From a virus: a stretch of DNA of 64,000 bases. Below are positions 1-9,875 of this stretch, piece by piece; the first letter of the stretch is position 1; each line of letters opens with the position of its first letter. The translations under genes and the position numbers were made by a program. The DNA lies in UHGV virus genome UHGV-0038492. One strand, given 5' to 3'. Below the pieces are notes generated by a model. That model had not been told where the DNA came from, did not search any database, and was given only the letters and a program-made list of their open reading frames with translations.

Positions 1-3000
1 ACACCTTGTGCAAAACGGAGAATGAGTTTGTGGCGATAACGACTTGCAGCAGCCTTAGTCGTACTCCACTCATTATTCCAGGATGTATGGAGTTCATTCT
101 TCTTCGCCATCAGTGAACCACGAGAAAGTTTACGTGGGAAGAATTGTGCTGGTAATTGCCCATCGTGGGAAATCGCCACGCTCCCTTGTCCTGTTGGAAG
201 TGCTATCGTTTCCGTAGGGCAGTAACTTAGCCCGTACTCGTATGTAGTAGGATCAATCAATTTTTGATAGTAATCACCATCTTTACTCTCCGCCAACCAA
301 CCAACGGAAGAGTCCATATACGACTCAAACAGCGAACGTAGATAATGATACTTATCAATATCGATATTACCCGTTTTCGGATCAATTAACGCGTGGTTAA
401 TAACGAGGCAGCATTTTTCACTCAAACCTTTAAACGCCAGCCCCACACCATCACCGGTAAAATAGTCTACCAGATCAAATGGGAACATTATCTCTATTTG
501 TCGTAAATCGATGGTTGTTGAACCAAACTGCGAAAAAGATAGCGCTAAACGTAACACACGCGTACTCACGTTATAGCGATAACGAATCATGCCACGTGGC
601 GCATGGTTTGCAGAGATTTTATCGCCGCTTGTTCCCCAGCCAATCAAATCGAGAATTGATGCGTTTGTTAGTTCTCCATTAAACAAAACATCTTTGGTCG
701 TAATTTCAACCGATGTTTCACTTCCCGCATCCATTAACATCGAACCATTATTCTTCTCGAAGCTCTTATGCCAAACCTCTGAAGAAGAAACGGCACCTAC
801 ACCCACCTTACAAGTTTTGCTAGTAAGATCAATCCGCACATAGCGACGACCCACTGTACTACCTTGTGAGCCTGCGCAGAGAATAAGATCAGGGGCTACG
901 GATAATGCCTTAGTACCTCCAATATCGTCAACATCAAAGACGAAAGAACCTTCAAATGTTGGCGCATTATTTTCTTTCGGATTAAACGGTGTAAACCAAC
1001 AATAGGGTGTCGCACCCTCTGTTGAAAATATCAACTCTAAATCGGTTTTAACATTTAATCCGTGAGAATAAGAAAAAAGACCACGACTTAAACTACAAAT
1101 TGTACCGCCGCTGCCGCTACCTAACATTTTTTGGTATATTAGAGCTCTCGGTTCCGGGGTAGCACGGTTTAATAACGGCAACCGTGGGTTATCCGTTAAC
1201 GCCCAGTCTACAGAACTGAGTCCGTGTGCTTTACGCGTGTCAATGTGCTCACTAACCTCGGCACTTTTCCCGAAATCAAACGTGGTTTCGAACCCTACCG
1301 TTTTATTCGCGTAATTCTCACCAGCAACAACATCAACGTAACCGATATAACCACGTTCAGGATCAACTGCGATGCTCTGAATCGGTTCAGCACGCGAATA
1401 TAGAGAGCCCGTGAGCATGTTAACGTACAGATAGTGACGAATCCCTACGTGCGTGGTAACAAACTCCTGGAGAAGCTCTACGCGCGTTTCAGGGCCACTG
1501 AAGTAAACAGGGTAATTCCCATCGTAAACTTCAAACTGTACCGCTGCGGACTTAGCCGTATCGCTACATTCGGCTTTAACCGCTACTGTGTAGTTTTCAA
1601 CGTCTGATGACGTTTCGTACACTGCAACGAGCGGAGACTCGCCTGACGCTGCCAGGACACCGTTAATGTAAACCGTAACTGGACCGCCCCCTGCGGCATA
1701 AACCCAGAGCTTCGGTTGGTACGCCCTTACACGCGTCTTTGCCAGTACCGTAACAACTGACTGGTCACCCATCTGCGTGGCAGTCTTACCTACCGGGACA
1801 GACTGGAACCCCATCAATGGCGGTTCTTCAATACCCGTCCAGTTGATCCCCGTACCGTTACTGACCTTACCCGTAGGCCAAGTCAGTTCAAGCTGGTTGT
1901 TCGGTGAGAACCAGTTAAACATCGGGGTGGTTTGCAGGTCAATCGCACCGGTAACGGTACTGTCACCTTTCGTGCCGTCCAGCAAATAGAAATATTTCAA
2001 ATCCTGAACGGAGATTGACGTACCCTGGCTATTAAAACGCCAGTCTGCCCCTTTCACAGCAGCGAAGTCAGTTACCGTGCCTTCTTTCGCGTTTGCAATT
2101 GCAGCAGCGACCACATCTAAACGGGCTGAAAGCTCTTTTAGGATGTTCGGTACCACTGCACGGTTTTCAACTAAGCCGTTCTGGTTAGTTGCGTAACGAC
2201 CAATACCGTAAACCGTCTGCGAGGCTTTATAAATACCTAACTCTGACCAGTCGTGATGGTGACCGACGTCTGCTAAACCACTAACCGAAGCATTCAGTGC
2301 GGTAGACAACGGTTTGTCAAGGTCTGCGGTGTTATCCGCTTGCCCTAATCCCAGGTCAGCTTTCGTGATTGTCCTGGAACCGTCATTCATCGGCTTACCG
2401 TTAATCATGGTCGTTTTAGTCACGTACCCTGATAAGTCGGTTGAATACGGCGTTAATGACGCAGGGGTTGCTGCAACCCCAACCGTTTCTGTGCCTTTAC
2501 CGGTTTTGAGTTTTACAACACCTTTTTCAGCGGTGGTCGCTTTCGTCGGGTCGATAGTCCCCACGATAGGATCGGTACGAGAACCTTTACCGGTAAAACT
2601 AATCCCGTTACGGCCTTCGATATACACTTTGGAGTCATCAGGATCGCTACCGCCGCCACCTGCATCTGGGTCTTGCTGATACTCCATCAGCGCTGTGGTG
2701 GTTAGCAACGGGTTACCGTTCAGGGTGAGTTTGTTCATTCCTAAAGCGTCACCGGTTGACTCGATGCGTAAAACATTGTTACCCGCACGCCAGTTAATGT
2801 AACGTCCCGCACCTGTGCCTTCCAGATGACCTACCGCTAATACCACAGAACCGTTGGATTTTAACGTAAAGCCATCATTCGCAAAAATGATTTCTGACTC
2901 ACCGTTTTTCGAACGGAACTGCGCACGGTTTCCTGACACTGTACAGTTAAACACACCCCGTACTTCCGAAGAAATCCAGTGGGAGATATACGTGTCAATA

Positions 3001-3746
3001 ACTGACTGTGGTAAACGAAACGCTTTCAGTTCTTCCGTTAACGCTTTCAACTTTAACCCGTACGCCATAAAGGTATCAGGTGTTTTCAGGTTAACGGGAT
3101 GAGCATTAATTTGTGCGTTTGTGGTTTCGTGTGGGTTCGTTGCGGCGATATGTGCTGGGTAGTTAAACGCTTCAATTTCTTTCCCCAACGCAGTCACTAG
3201 CGCTTTAACTTCGGCTAATTTATCTTTAATTAGCTGGTTAGCGTCATCGGTTTTCAACTCAATGTCGTGAATCGCCGACGCTAAGTATTTTTTGTTCAGC
3301 AAATCCGCCCAGGACGTTGCCGCAGGCGTAGCTGGGTATAACGACGGTCTACCGTCTAACAACAGCCAGTCTGCACTGACTGGGTTATTCAAATATTTCA
3401 CCAACTCGTCGAGCATGTCAACGAACGGGTCGTAGAACGTACCGCCGAGCATTTGTCCTTCAAAGGTTACGATGCCTTTGATGGATGGGTTGATAAGGTG
3501 TACCCCACAATACACGTTGGCTGCTACCGAGTCATCCAGTTCCGTCAGCTGATATTGCAGTTCGTAGTCCACCCCACGGCTCAGTGGGGTGGTTGAACCT
3601 GGTTGTCTGACGACTAAGTCTTCAAAGAACGGGCGATGGTCTAAAATCACCACCCGGTCATTGTTGTTTTCTGACCCGATGATACGCTCCTCTAAGAAGT
3701 GATTCTCGGTTTTCGTCCCCCGAGGATCGTAAGGATACGCTTTCAT
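1..3746 (-). CDS. tail fibre protein, N-terminal >1240 aa (partial; ORF continues beyond window start)
   Basis: Minus-strand ATG at 3744-3746, 9 nt downstream of AGGAG; N-terminus MKAYPYDPRGTKTENHFLEERIIGSENNN; the track reports no complete minus ORF here, consistent with one frame open to position 1; segment ATTAEKGVVKLKTGKGTETVGVAATPASL (around 2450-2540) resembles the short repeats of T4-type tail fibres. Confidence 0.6.
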   Translation of the reverse strand, partial: MKAYPYDPRGTKTENHFLEERIIGSENNNDRVVILDHRPFFEDLVVRQPGSTTPLSRGVDYELQYQLTELDDSVAANVYCGVHLINPSIKGIVTFEGQMLGGTFYDPFVDMLDELVKYLNNPVSADWLLLDGRPSLYPATPAATSWADLLNKKYLASAIHDIELKTDDANQLIKDKLAEVKALVTALGKEIEAFNYPAHIAATNPHETTNAQINAHPVNLKTPDTFMAYGLKLKALTEELKAFRLPQSVIDTYISHWISSEVRGVFNCTVSGNRAQFRSKNGESEIIFANDGFTLKSNGSVVLAVGHLEGTGAGRYINWRAGNNVLRIESTGDALGMNKLTLNGNPLLTTTALMEYQQDPDAGGGGSDPDDSKVYIEGRNGISFTGKGSRTDPIVGTIDPTKATTAEKGVVKLKTGKGTETVGVAATPASLTPYSTDLSGYVTKTTMINGKPMNDGSRTITKADLGLGQADNTADLDKPLSTALNASVSGLADVGHHHDWSELGIYKASQTVYGIGRYATNQNGLVENRAVVPNILKELSARLDVVAAAIANAKEGTVTDFAAVKGADWRFNSQGTSISVQDLKYFYLLDGTKGDSTVTGAIDLQTTPMFNWFSPNNQLELTWPTGKVSNGTGINWTGIEEPPLMGFQSVPVGKTATQMGDQSVVTVLAKTRVRAYQPKLWVYAAGGGPVTVYINGVLAASGESPLVAVYETSSDVENYTVAVKAECSDTAKSAAVQFEVYDGNYPVYFSGPETRVELLQEFVTTHVGIRHYLYVNMLTGSLYSRAEPIQSIAVDPERGYIGYVDVVAGENYANKTVGFETTFDFGKSAEVSEHIDTRKAHGLSSVDWALTDNPRLPLLNRATPEPRALIYQKMLGSGSGGTICSLSRGLFSYSHGLNVKTDLELIFSTEGATPYCWFTPFNPKENNAPTFEGSFVFDVDDIGGTKALSVAPDLILCAGSQGSTVGRRYVRIDLTSKTCKVGVGAVSSSEVWHKSFEKNNGSMLMDAGSETSVEITTKDVLFNGELTNASILDLIGWGTSGDKISANHAPRGMIRYRYNVSTRVLRLALSFSQFGSTTIDLRQIEIMFPFDLVDYFTGDGVGLAFKGLSEKCCLVINHALIDPKTGNIDIDKYHYLRSLFESYMDSSVGWLAESKDGDYYQKLIDPTTYEYGLSYCPTETIALPTGQGSVAISHDGQLPAQFFPRKLSRGSLMAKKNELHTSWNNEWSTTKAAASRYRHKLILRFAQG

Positions 3747-3759
3747 CAAAAAATTCTCC

Positions 3760-6700
3760 TTAATCGCGAATGATTACCGCCTGCACTTTATTGTTGGTGT
3801 CGATAAACGACATTACGCGCTCCTTGTTAAGATAAGGAGGTATCGGTAACGCAGCGTAATCCGCCAGGTTGTTATTAAACTCGGTTGCCACTAGCGCATT
3901 AAGCGTTTCGGGGTCTGAGCTTGTCCCGGCCAATTCCATAACACGTACACGATTTAACGAGGAGTAGTTGCTGATATAATCCAACAGCGTACCGTAGAGT
4001 TTATTCCCGGTTATGCTGTCCGCCGTAGAGCGGATATTGGCACGCACTTCGTCCTCATAAAGTCCCCCTAATCCGTAGTAAATAGGGGTGTACGGATCGT
4101 TAACGATAGGCGCGAGGTTGAACCCGGTTAAACGGTCGGTCAGCGAGATTTTCTGCGTAGTACCACCTGCCGCCGTACAGCTTACGTATTTATCTGCCGC
4201 AGACAAATACACCACAATGGTGTAAACAGTACCTGCTAAGGTCAGCGTTGCGTTAAACGTTAATTCGTTATTCGCACCACGCGTGTGGGTAAATGACACG
4301 TCAGGTTGTAACGTACTCCACGGTGCTGGGGTAACACGTTTGGTCGGCGTGAAGCCTAACACCACAGATCTCCCGTTACCGAAGTTTAAACCAAACCCGG
4401 CGTAACAATACTCACCGTTACTGTCGGTTAAACGATAACCACGGGTGATAAGTAACGACAATCGCATAAACTCGTCATCGGTATTTTTCCAGCAACCCAG
4501 GACGGTTTCTAGCACCGTACCGGTTTTTGCGTTGCTTTCGGTTTCCCAACTGACACGCATCCCCGCATTGTTAAATACCGGGAACAGGTTGTGGATAAAT
4601 CCGTGAACGTTATCACTTACCCCTTTCGCATCAAACACCCACTTCGACGCAAGCTGGTCGTATTTCACACCATCGAGTGCTTTATATTCGTCACCAACCA
4701 CATAACGCCAGTCTGCTTCGCCACGCGCAACCGCTTGAAGTCCAGAAGCCCAGCAGGGCGCACCTACTGTTAAATTGCTTAACCCCAGCACTGCGCGCGA
4801 AGCAGAACGCTGAATGTGTGCGTTGTCATTGGCGATGTGGTCTTTCAGCTCACGGAAATCACCTAACCGTGTCACGTTACGTAGTTCAGTAACGAACACT
4901 TCAGAAAGGTCGTTAATACCGATCAGCCCCACGCGCGTCATGGTATCCGTTTCAGCCTGACTGTAGCTGTCGTGAATAATGTACTTCGCTTTGTTATCGA
5001 CAATGTCAACAAAAATCCCTGCGTAAACTTCCTTATTCAGATTTGGGAAACGTTCAGTGACGTTAACCGACATCAACGGCACGTCGTACGTTTCACCGCC
5101 AATGAAATACGTGGAAGCAGGAAGTGTCACCAGGATATTGTCTTTAACCGTAACGTCGATTAAGTCGTTACCGGACTTACCAAAGCGAATAATGTCAACG
5201 CGCGCACCCGAGTCAACCCCGCCGACGGTGTTCTCCAAATTTTCAATCTGGGAAGTCTGCGCCATCACCACACTACTATCGAGTGCTAAAGTGGCATCAT
5301 CCACATCCAGACCGAATTTAATCAGACCCCGTTTCGTGGTGTCTGCGTTTTCAACACCGAACACAGAAGACGGGTGTTGGTGAACCTTCGGTGAGTATTT
5401 GTCTAACTCAGTCTGTTGTGCAACAGAAATCGGCAGGTCGAGGTCCGGGGTATTCGCAACGTTACCTAAACCAAAGGTAATTTTGTCGATAGTGACCGAA
5501 CTGGTAAGCTGCATCTCGTTGATGTACGACTTGGCAGCAACCAACTTACCGGTAAACTCTGCGTCCAGTTTTTCAATTAGCGCAGGAGTCGCCGCGAGGT
5601 TTTCAGCCGTACCAAACTCGTCAGTCAACTGCCAACATGCTAACGTCGTGACGTCATTGGCAACCGGAAGGATAAACGTTGCGACAAACGGCGATGCTTT
5701 AATCCCGCTACCCGTAAGTTCCACGGTAGACGTCGACGCACCGTAGAACAGTCCTGTACCGCCTGCGGTATTACCCGGCAAATACGGCCCGACCGTAGTG
5801 GGGTCTAAGAGCTTCTTACCACGCCACAACAGTCCACGGTCATCGGGGTATAGCACAAGCTGGTTACCGCCTGCTTGTAACGTAACAGGGTTATTACCCA
5901 CGTTAACATCGGTGGAGCCTTGACCAATGAACTTAATGGATTTCGGATCAACGACGAACTGGGCACCTAAACGTTTTTCGTCAACTACACCAGGGGCCTT
6001 TTTGATGGTGACGTAGTTTCTGCTGTGGGAAGACTGGATACTGACCCTATCTGCAACGTTATTGATAAATCTCTTGAAGTGATAACGGTTTTCCAGTGCT
6101 TCTAACTCGGCATCCATGTTGTCGAAATTGACACGCGCACTGTAGGTTTTCCCGTTTACCGTAACGATAACGTCAAAAAGATTACCGGTTCGTTTCATCT
6201 GGAAACGTAACGTGAAATCACCATCAGGTATCACCGGGTCGGGTGCTTTGGAGATATAACGGACTTGTGGTACTGTACCGACGCCATATCCGCTAAGCGA
6301 CACTTCGATAGAAAGGCTATTCCCCCAGAGTGAGCCCTCCAACTCGACAAACTTACCAGAGTCGGTGCCCGGATTCTCGTAGAATCGCATCTGTACCGCA
6401 CCGACCGGTGAGTTATCTCCTGCAACTCTTGTACCCGTTACAATAAAGTCGATATCTTGTAAATCAGCGGGAACGCCGTTAAAATAACATCCGAATCCGT
6501 TTCTAGTTCCGCTGTAGCGAAGCGCCCCGTGGTATCTAATTCCGTCCGAAACGTAATATTCGCTAAAATACTGACTAACGTATTTCGACATCGACACAGG
6601 GTCGACTTCGGTAGTAAATGACGTAAAGCCAGGAAGCGTCGTAATCGTGCCGTTAGCGTTCTTGCTCGCCGATTCACGAAGCAGTTTTCTCTGGGCGGTT

Positions 6701-8085
6701 AGCGTTGCCTGTGTTGGGTATTTAGCGTTAACGTAGTCCGTTAACTGTTGCTTGGTTTTCCCGTAGGTTAACGCTGCATCGGACGCAATGCCGTTTAACT
6801 CTAACGCACGAATCGGACCCCAGGTGTCAGCGTGTGGGTTGTCTTTACGAGTGACGTGTTCGTGCGCAGGTGCGTTACGATAGAGCTGTTCTACTAACTG
6901 ATGGTACTTAACGATTAGCTGATAAACGTCATTACTTACGTCAGCTTCTGGCGCACCAGGTAACGCAAGGAATTGTGCATAATCGTTTTCAGCCGCCCAC
7001 CAGTTTAAGTTAACGTTGGTTTTGTATTTCAGCCACTTCGCAACATCCGTTTTGGTGTAACCTGCTGAGAATTCGTCTGGCGGTGTGTCAACGTTAAAGG
7101 TGTAGTCCATGGACTGTTTGTTGGTCGTCACCTCGATAACGTATACACCGTTACCCGGTTGACGGACAACGCTAAACGTTAACTCGCCTTTTAATTCGTC
7201 GTCGGTCAAACCGTTGATTAACGTATAATCGTAATCGGTCGAACCACTGCCTAACGCAACGGTCAGACGTAGGAAGATCTTACGTTGTTTTAATTGGAGA
7301 CGAAGGATACTTGCACCACCATTCGCGTAGCACAGCATCCAATCGATTTGTTCGTTCGGGTTAATACTCCCCATGTTCGGAAAAATAGCCGGGATACGGT
7401 ATTTCATCGACAGGGAATATTCATTTAACGTGGTGGTTTTGTACGTAACGGAGAAACGACGTTTAGCGGTATTGTAGGTATACCCACCTTTGTTGTCGTA
7501 CGTTGCGTACTGTTCAGACGTGATAACCGTACCATTAGCACGATGTTCGATATCTAACGTGTTACGCGCAATCGGGTCTACCCGATTCACCACGTTACCT
7601 AACGAATCACCTAAGCCCGCAATGGCCTGCATTAATTCCAGTTCGCCTTTCCAGTTTTCCCAGTCGAACTGAATGTCGACCGGTGGAAAGTAAACATCGC
7701 CGATAACGGTATCCCATTGACACGCAGACGGGTATTTATCTTTATTGAGTTCGCGTTCTGCGGTAATCTGTTCTTGGGTCGCTTCACCACAACCTACGGC
7801 GTGGTAATCTACCGTGAAATTCGATTTGTATTTGTCGTTAACAATCCAAATCATCCCGTGCACGAGATAGGCTGTGCGCAACATACCGGTCTCGTACGGG
7901 TGTGTAATAACGTAATCGTCGCCTAAGGTCAGTATTTTGCCGCCGCTCTTGACCACCAGGGATGTGGTGAAAAAAGGGGCGTGGGCAGGTACCAACATTC
8001 GGTACTTCGTACCAATGACGGCGACCGCTTCACCGGTTATTTTATTCCCCGGTTCTTTGAAGTGTGGGTCTAGGACGACAGCCAT
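3760..8085 (-). CDS. large virion structural protein (1441 aa), putative tail fibre / tail spike component
   Basis: Complete 1441-aa ORF in track; its stop lies 14 nt upstream of the start of the downstream tail-fibre gene (same strand); function inferred from size and neighbourhood only. Confidence 0.75.
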   Translation of the reverse strand: MAVVLDPHFKEPGNKITGEAVAVIGTKYRMLVPAHAPFFTTSLVVKSGGKILTLGDDYVITHPYETGMLRTAYLVHGMIWIVNDKYKSNFTVDYHAVGCGEATQEQITAERELNKDKYPSACQWDTVIGDVYFPPVDIQFDWENWKGELELMQAIAGLGDSLGNVVNRVDPIARNTLDIEHRANGTVITSEQYATYDNKGGYTYNTAKRRFSVTYKTTTLNEYSLSMKYRIPAIFPNMGSINPNEQIDWMLCYANGGASILRLQLKQRKIFLRLTVALGSGSTDYDYTLINGLTDDELKGELTFSVVRQPGNGVYVIEVTTNKQSMDYTFNVDTPPDEFSAGYTKTDVAKWLKYKTNVNLNWWAAENDYAQFLALPGAPEADVSNDVYQLIVKYHQLVEQLYRNAPAHEHVTRKDNPHADTWGPIRALELNGIASDAALTYGKTKQQLTDYVNAKYPTQATLTAQRKLLRESASKNANGTITTLPGFTSFTTEVDPVSMSKYVSQYFSEYYVSDGIRYHGALRYSGTRNGFGCYFNGVPADLQDIDFIVTGTRVAGDNSPVGAVQMRFYENPGTDSGKFVELEGSLWGNSLSIEVSLSGYGVGTVPQVRYISKAPDPVIPDGDFTLRFQMKRTGNLFDVIVTVNGKTYSARVNFDNMDAELEALENRYHFKRFINNVADRVSIQSSHSRNYVTIKKAPGVVDEKRLGAQFVVDPKSIKFIGQGSTDVNVGNNPVTLQAGGNQLVLYPDDRGLLWRGKKLLDPTTVGPYLPGNTAGGTGLFYGASTSTVELTGSGIKASPFVATFILPVANDVTTLACWQLTDEFGTAENLAATPALIEKLDAEFTGKLVAAKSYINEMQLTSSVTIDKITFGLGNVANTPDLDLPISVAQQTELDKYSPKVHQHPSSVFGVENADTTKRGLIKFGLDVDDATLALDSSVVMAQTSQIENLENTVGGVDSGARVDIIRFGKSGNDLIDVTVKDNILVTLPASTYFIGGETYDVPLMSVNVTERFPNLNKEVYAGIFVDIVDNKAKYIIHDSYSQAETDTMTRVGLIGINDLSEVFVTELRNVTRLGDFRELKDHIANDNAHIQRSASRAVLGLSNLTVGAPCWASGLQAVARGEADWRYVVGDEYKALDGVKYDQLASKWVFDAKGVSDNVHGFIHNLFPVFNNAGMRVSWETESNAKTGTVLETVLGCWKNTDDEFMRLSLLITRGYRLTDSNGEYCYAGFGLNFGNGRSVVLGFTPTKRVTPAPWSTLQPDVSFTHTRGANNELTFNATLTLAGTVYTIVVYLSAADKYVSCTAAGGTTQKISLTDRLTGFNLAPIVNDPYTPIYYGLGGLYEDEVRANIRSTADSITGNKLYGTLLDYISNYSSLNRVRVMELAGTSSDPETLNALVATEFNNNLADYAALPIPPYLNKERVMSFIDTNNKVQAVIIRD

Positions 8086-8152
8086 TATCTACTCCTATAG
8101 TCCGTGGGCGTCGAGTTCATACTATGACTTGAATCTATTGAGGAAAAGAGCT

Positions 8153-9415
8153 GTGACTACTGCTTATCAAGTGCGGCCTGACAGCGCTTTTGGCTTCTCT
8201 CGTGAGACCCGTACCTGGGGAGCCATCGACGTCACGCAACCCTTAGAAACCTTGTGTTCTGATTACCATATTTTCGAAGTCGGTCTGAGTGCGCTTGGTA
8301 GAGACTATACGTTAATTAGCCAATATCACCTCGCTGACTTACAAAACCGTACCGATACATTACAAGACTGGCTGAATGAAAAAGCCGGTGTGGTTATCTC
8401 TGCATTAAAAGACGGTTTACCGACGTTAGAGTTTGATTGGGCACACTACCAATCGATTAATGCCGACGTTCCAGTAGAAACCTACCTGTGTCCTCCCGGT
8501 TATCATTACAGTCAAGATTTCAGTACAGACGATGCTGACGACGTTGTGGTGGTGTGTGAAGATAAATGGAAAGACAAATACCGTAACGGGGTGTTGTACA
8601 ACATCAACGGACAGTGGGTGCCGCATCAATCCGATACTGTTGGCGTACGTTTACCGGGTGCGGGTAAGATAGTACGTCGTGCGGGGACACCGGATATCGG
8701 GTGTATGGTCTTTAGTAAATTGGGGAATGTTAAGACGTACCCCATTGCTAATTTGACCTTAAACAAACTCGACACCACCCGTGACTATTATTCCACGTTA
8801 ATGATTTCTTTACCGGAATCTATTACAGATAAAACCGTGGGGTTTGTTATCGGGGGACTGATACACTGGTTACCGGTTACTGGGTACTTCTCCGACAAAG
8901 CCATTATGGTGTCGCTACCGAACTTTGACGTTGCGCGTACTGTGTTAGAAACCCGACGTTATTACGACTGGGACAGCATTGGTGTGGGTGATTTGTCATC
9001 ACCGACCAACGTACAGCGTATCCGTAACCCAGAAACGTTAAAGGCGCTTTTAACCCACGAGTCGTCGTTTATCTTTACGGTGGATAATCCGTATCTGGAA
9101 GAAGAAGTTGTGGGGGTTTCTCACAACGCTATCTGGGGACGTTTATACCTTAAAGATCCTACCGACCCTGATGGGGAAAAACAACTGGGGTATCTGTTAA
9201 ACCGCTTCGGTAAAACCGTTGCCTATTGGCCGACGTGGGAAGAAGGGGAATGGGTATTTAACACCACGGAGTTTGACAGTCAAAACTACGTGTTCCGTGA
9301 AGCCCGTTGGTATAACCAGAAGAAAATTAACGATGCACAGGCAATCGTAGGGCCTTTCGGTCCCTGGGAAAAAGTCTATTTAGAAATGCATCGTTTCCGT
9401 GCAAGAAAAAAATAA
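8153..9415 (+). CDS. hypothetical protein (about 420 aa)
   Basis: Track ORF 7937-9415 trimmed to the first start codon clear of the divergent minus gene: GTG at 8153 preceded by GAGGAAAAGAG (alternative TTG at 8138); followed by a hairpin terminator. Confidence 0.6.
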   Translation: MTTAYQVRPDSAFGFSRETRTWGAIDVTQPLETLCSDYHIFEVGLSALGRDYTLISQYHLADLQNRTDTLQDWLNEKAGVVISALKDGLPTLEFDWAHYQSINADVPVETYLCPPGYHYSQDFSTDDADDVVVVCEDKWKDKYRNGVLYNINGQWVPHQSDTVGVRLPGAGKIVRRAGTPDIGCMVFSKLGNVKTYPIANLTLNKLDTTRDYYSTLMISLPESITDKTVGFVIGGLIHWLPVTGYFSDKAIMVSLPNFDVARTVLETRRYYDWDSIGVGDLSSPTNVQRIRNPETLKALLTHESSFIFTVDNPYLEEEVVGVSHNAIWGRLYLKDPTDPDGEKQLGYLLNRFGKTVAYWPTWEEGEWVFNTTEFDSQNYVFREARWYNQKKINDAQAIVGPFGPWEKVYLEMHRFRARKK

Positions 9416-9420
9416 ATAAC

Positions 9421-9462
9421 CTCCTACCCTCTTAGAGGGTAGGAGTAGCACGTTTTTTTTTT
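9421..9462. terminator. bidirectional intrinsic terminator hairpin (CTCCTACCCT / AGGGTAGGAG, 10-bp stem)
   Basis: Perfect 10-bp stem 9421-9430 / 9436-9445 with 5-nt loop; T-run 9453-9462 on plus strand; on the minus strand the stem is followed by GTTATTTATTTTTTT; sits between convergent gene ends 9415 (+) and 9466 (-). Confidence 0.7.
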
Positions 9463-9465
9463 CAC

Positions 9466-9675
9466 TTAGTCTTTTTTGTAGACGATCGCGTTACCGTGCA
9501 GTTTGTTGTTACCGGAAATACCGATAACTTTAAACGCTTCACCGCCGATCTTTTCAGCTTCGACAGCCAGCTTAGCAGTAACGTCGTCTACGGTGTCACC
9601 GAAAGCACTTACGTTACCAATTTTCTTGAACTCTTCAGGAATGTGTTCAGCAGAAGAGAATTCTTTAATAGCCAT
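9466..9675 (-). CDS. DUF1471 (YhcN / BhsA-like) domain protein, 69 aa, no signal peptide
   Basis: C-terminal FKVIGISGNNKLHGNAIVYKK matches the conserved end of enterobacterial DUF1471 proteins (BhsA-like ...TLHGTAVIYK, recalled from memory); N-terminus is hydrophilic with no hydrophobic leader. Confidence 0.6.
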   Translation of the reverse strand: MAIKEFSSAEHIPEEFKKIGNVSAFGDTVDDVTAKLAVEAEKIGGEAFKVIGISGNNKLHGNAIVYKKD

Positions 9676-9735
9676 AGCTACTCTCCAGTTAAAGAAAGGA
9701 AGGACTGTATCGTGTTACAACCAAAGCATAAGATA

Positions 9736-9755
9736 GCTCCTCCCTTCTGGGAGGA
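9736..9755 (-). terminator. candidate hairpin terminator downstream of the 321-aa minus gene
   Basis: 8-bp stem CTCCTCCC / GGGAGGAG with 4-nt loop, about 120 nt past the stop at 9876; weakly U-rich on the minus strand. Confidence 0.3.
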
Positions 9756-9875
9756 GTAGAGTGCGCGAAAAAAGTGGCCTGCTTAACTAAACGATGAGGT
9801 TTAAGAAAAGTGTTGATAAGAAGCTTACCAACGTCAGGTCACAATATATAATACCAACGTAAGAAAAAGGGGAAA

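Noticed and set aside
479-3102. Plus-strand ORFs of 67-121 aa in the track (479-682, 589-843, 1777-1989, 2314-2679, 2854-3102)
   Set aside because: They lie antisense inside the long minus-strand tail-fibre reading frame, have no SD sequences, and are the sort of spurious ORFs expected opposite a large gene
4591-7926. Plus-strand ORFs inside the 1441-aa minus gene, and the 5-prime part (7937-8152) of the 492-aa plus ORF
   Set aside because: Antisense to a long, clearly coding frame; the 492-aa ORF was trimmed to the first start codon that does not overlap the divergent gene
9813-9852. TTGATA and TATAAT hexamers that look like a sigma70 promoter on the plus strand
   Set aside because: Spacing between the best -35 and -10 is 28 nt; the alternative -35 is weak; a plus-strand transcript from here would be antisense to the 321-aa gene
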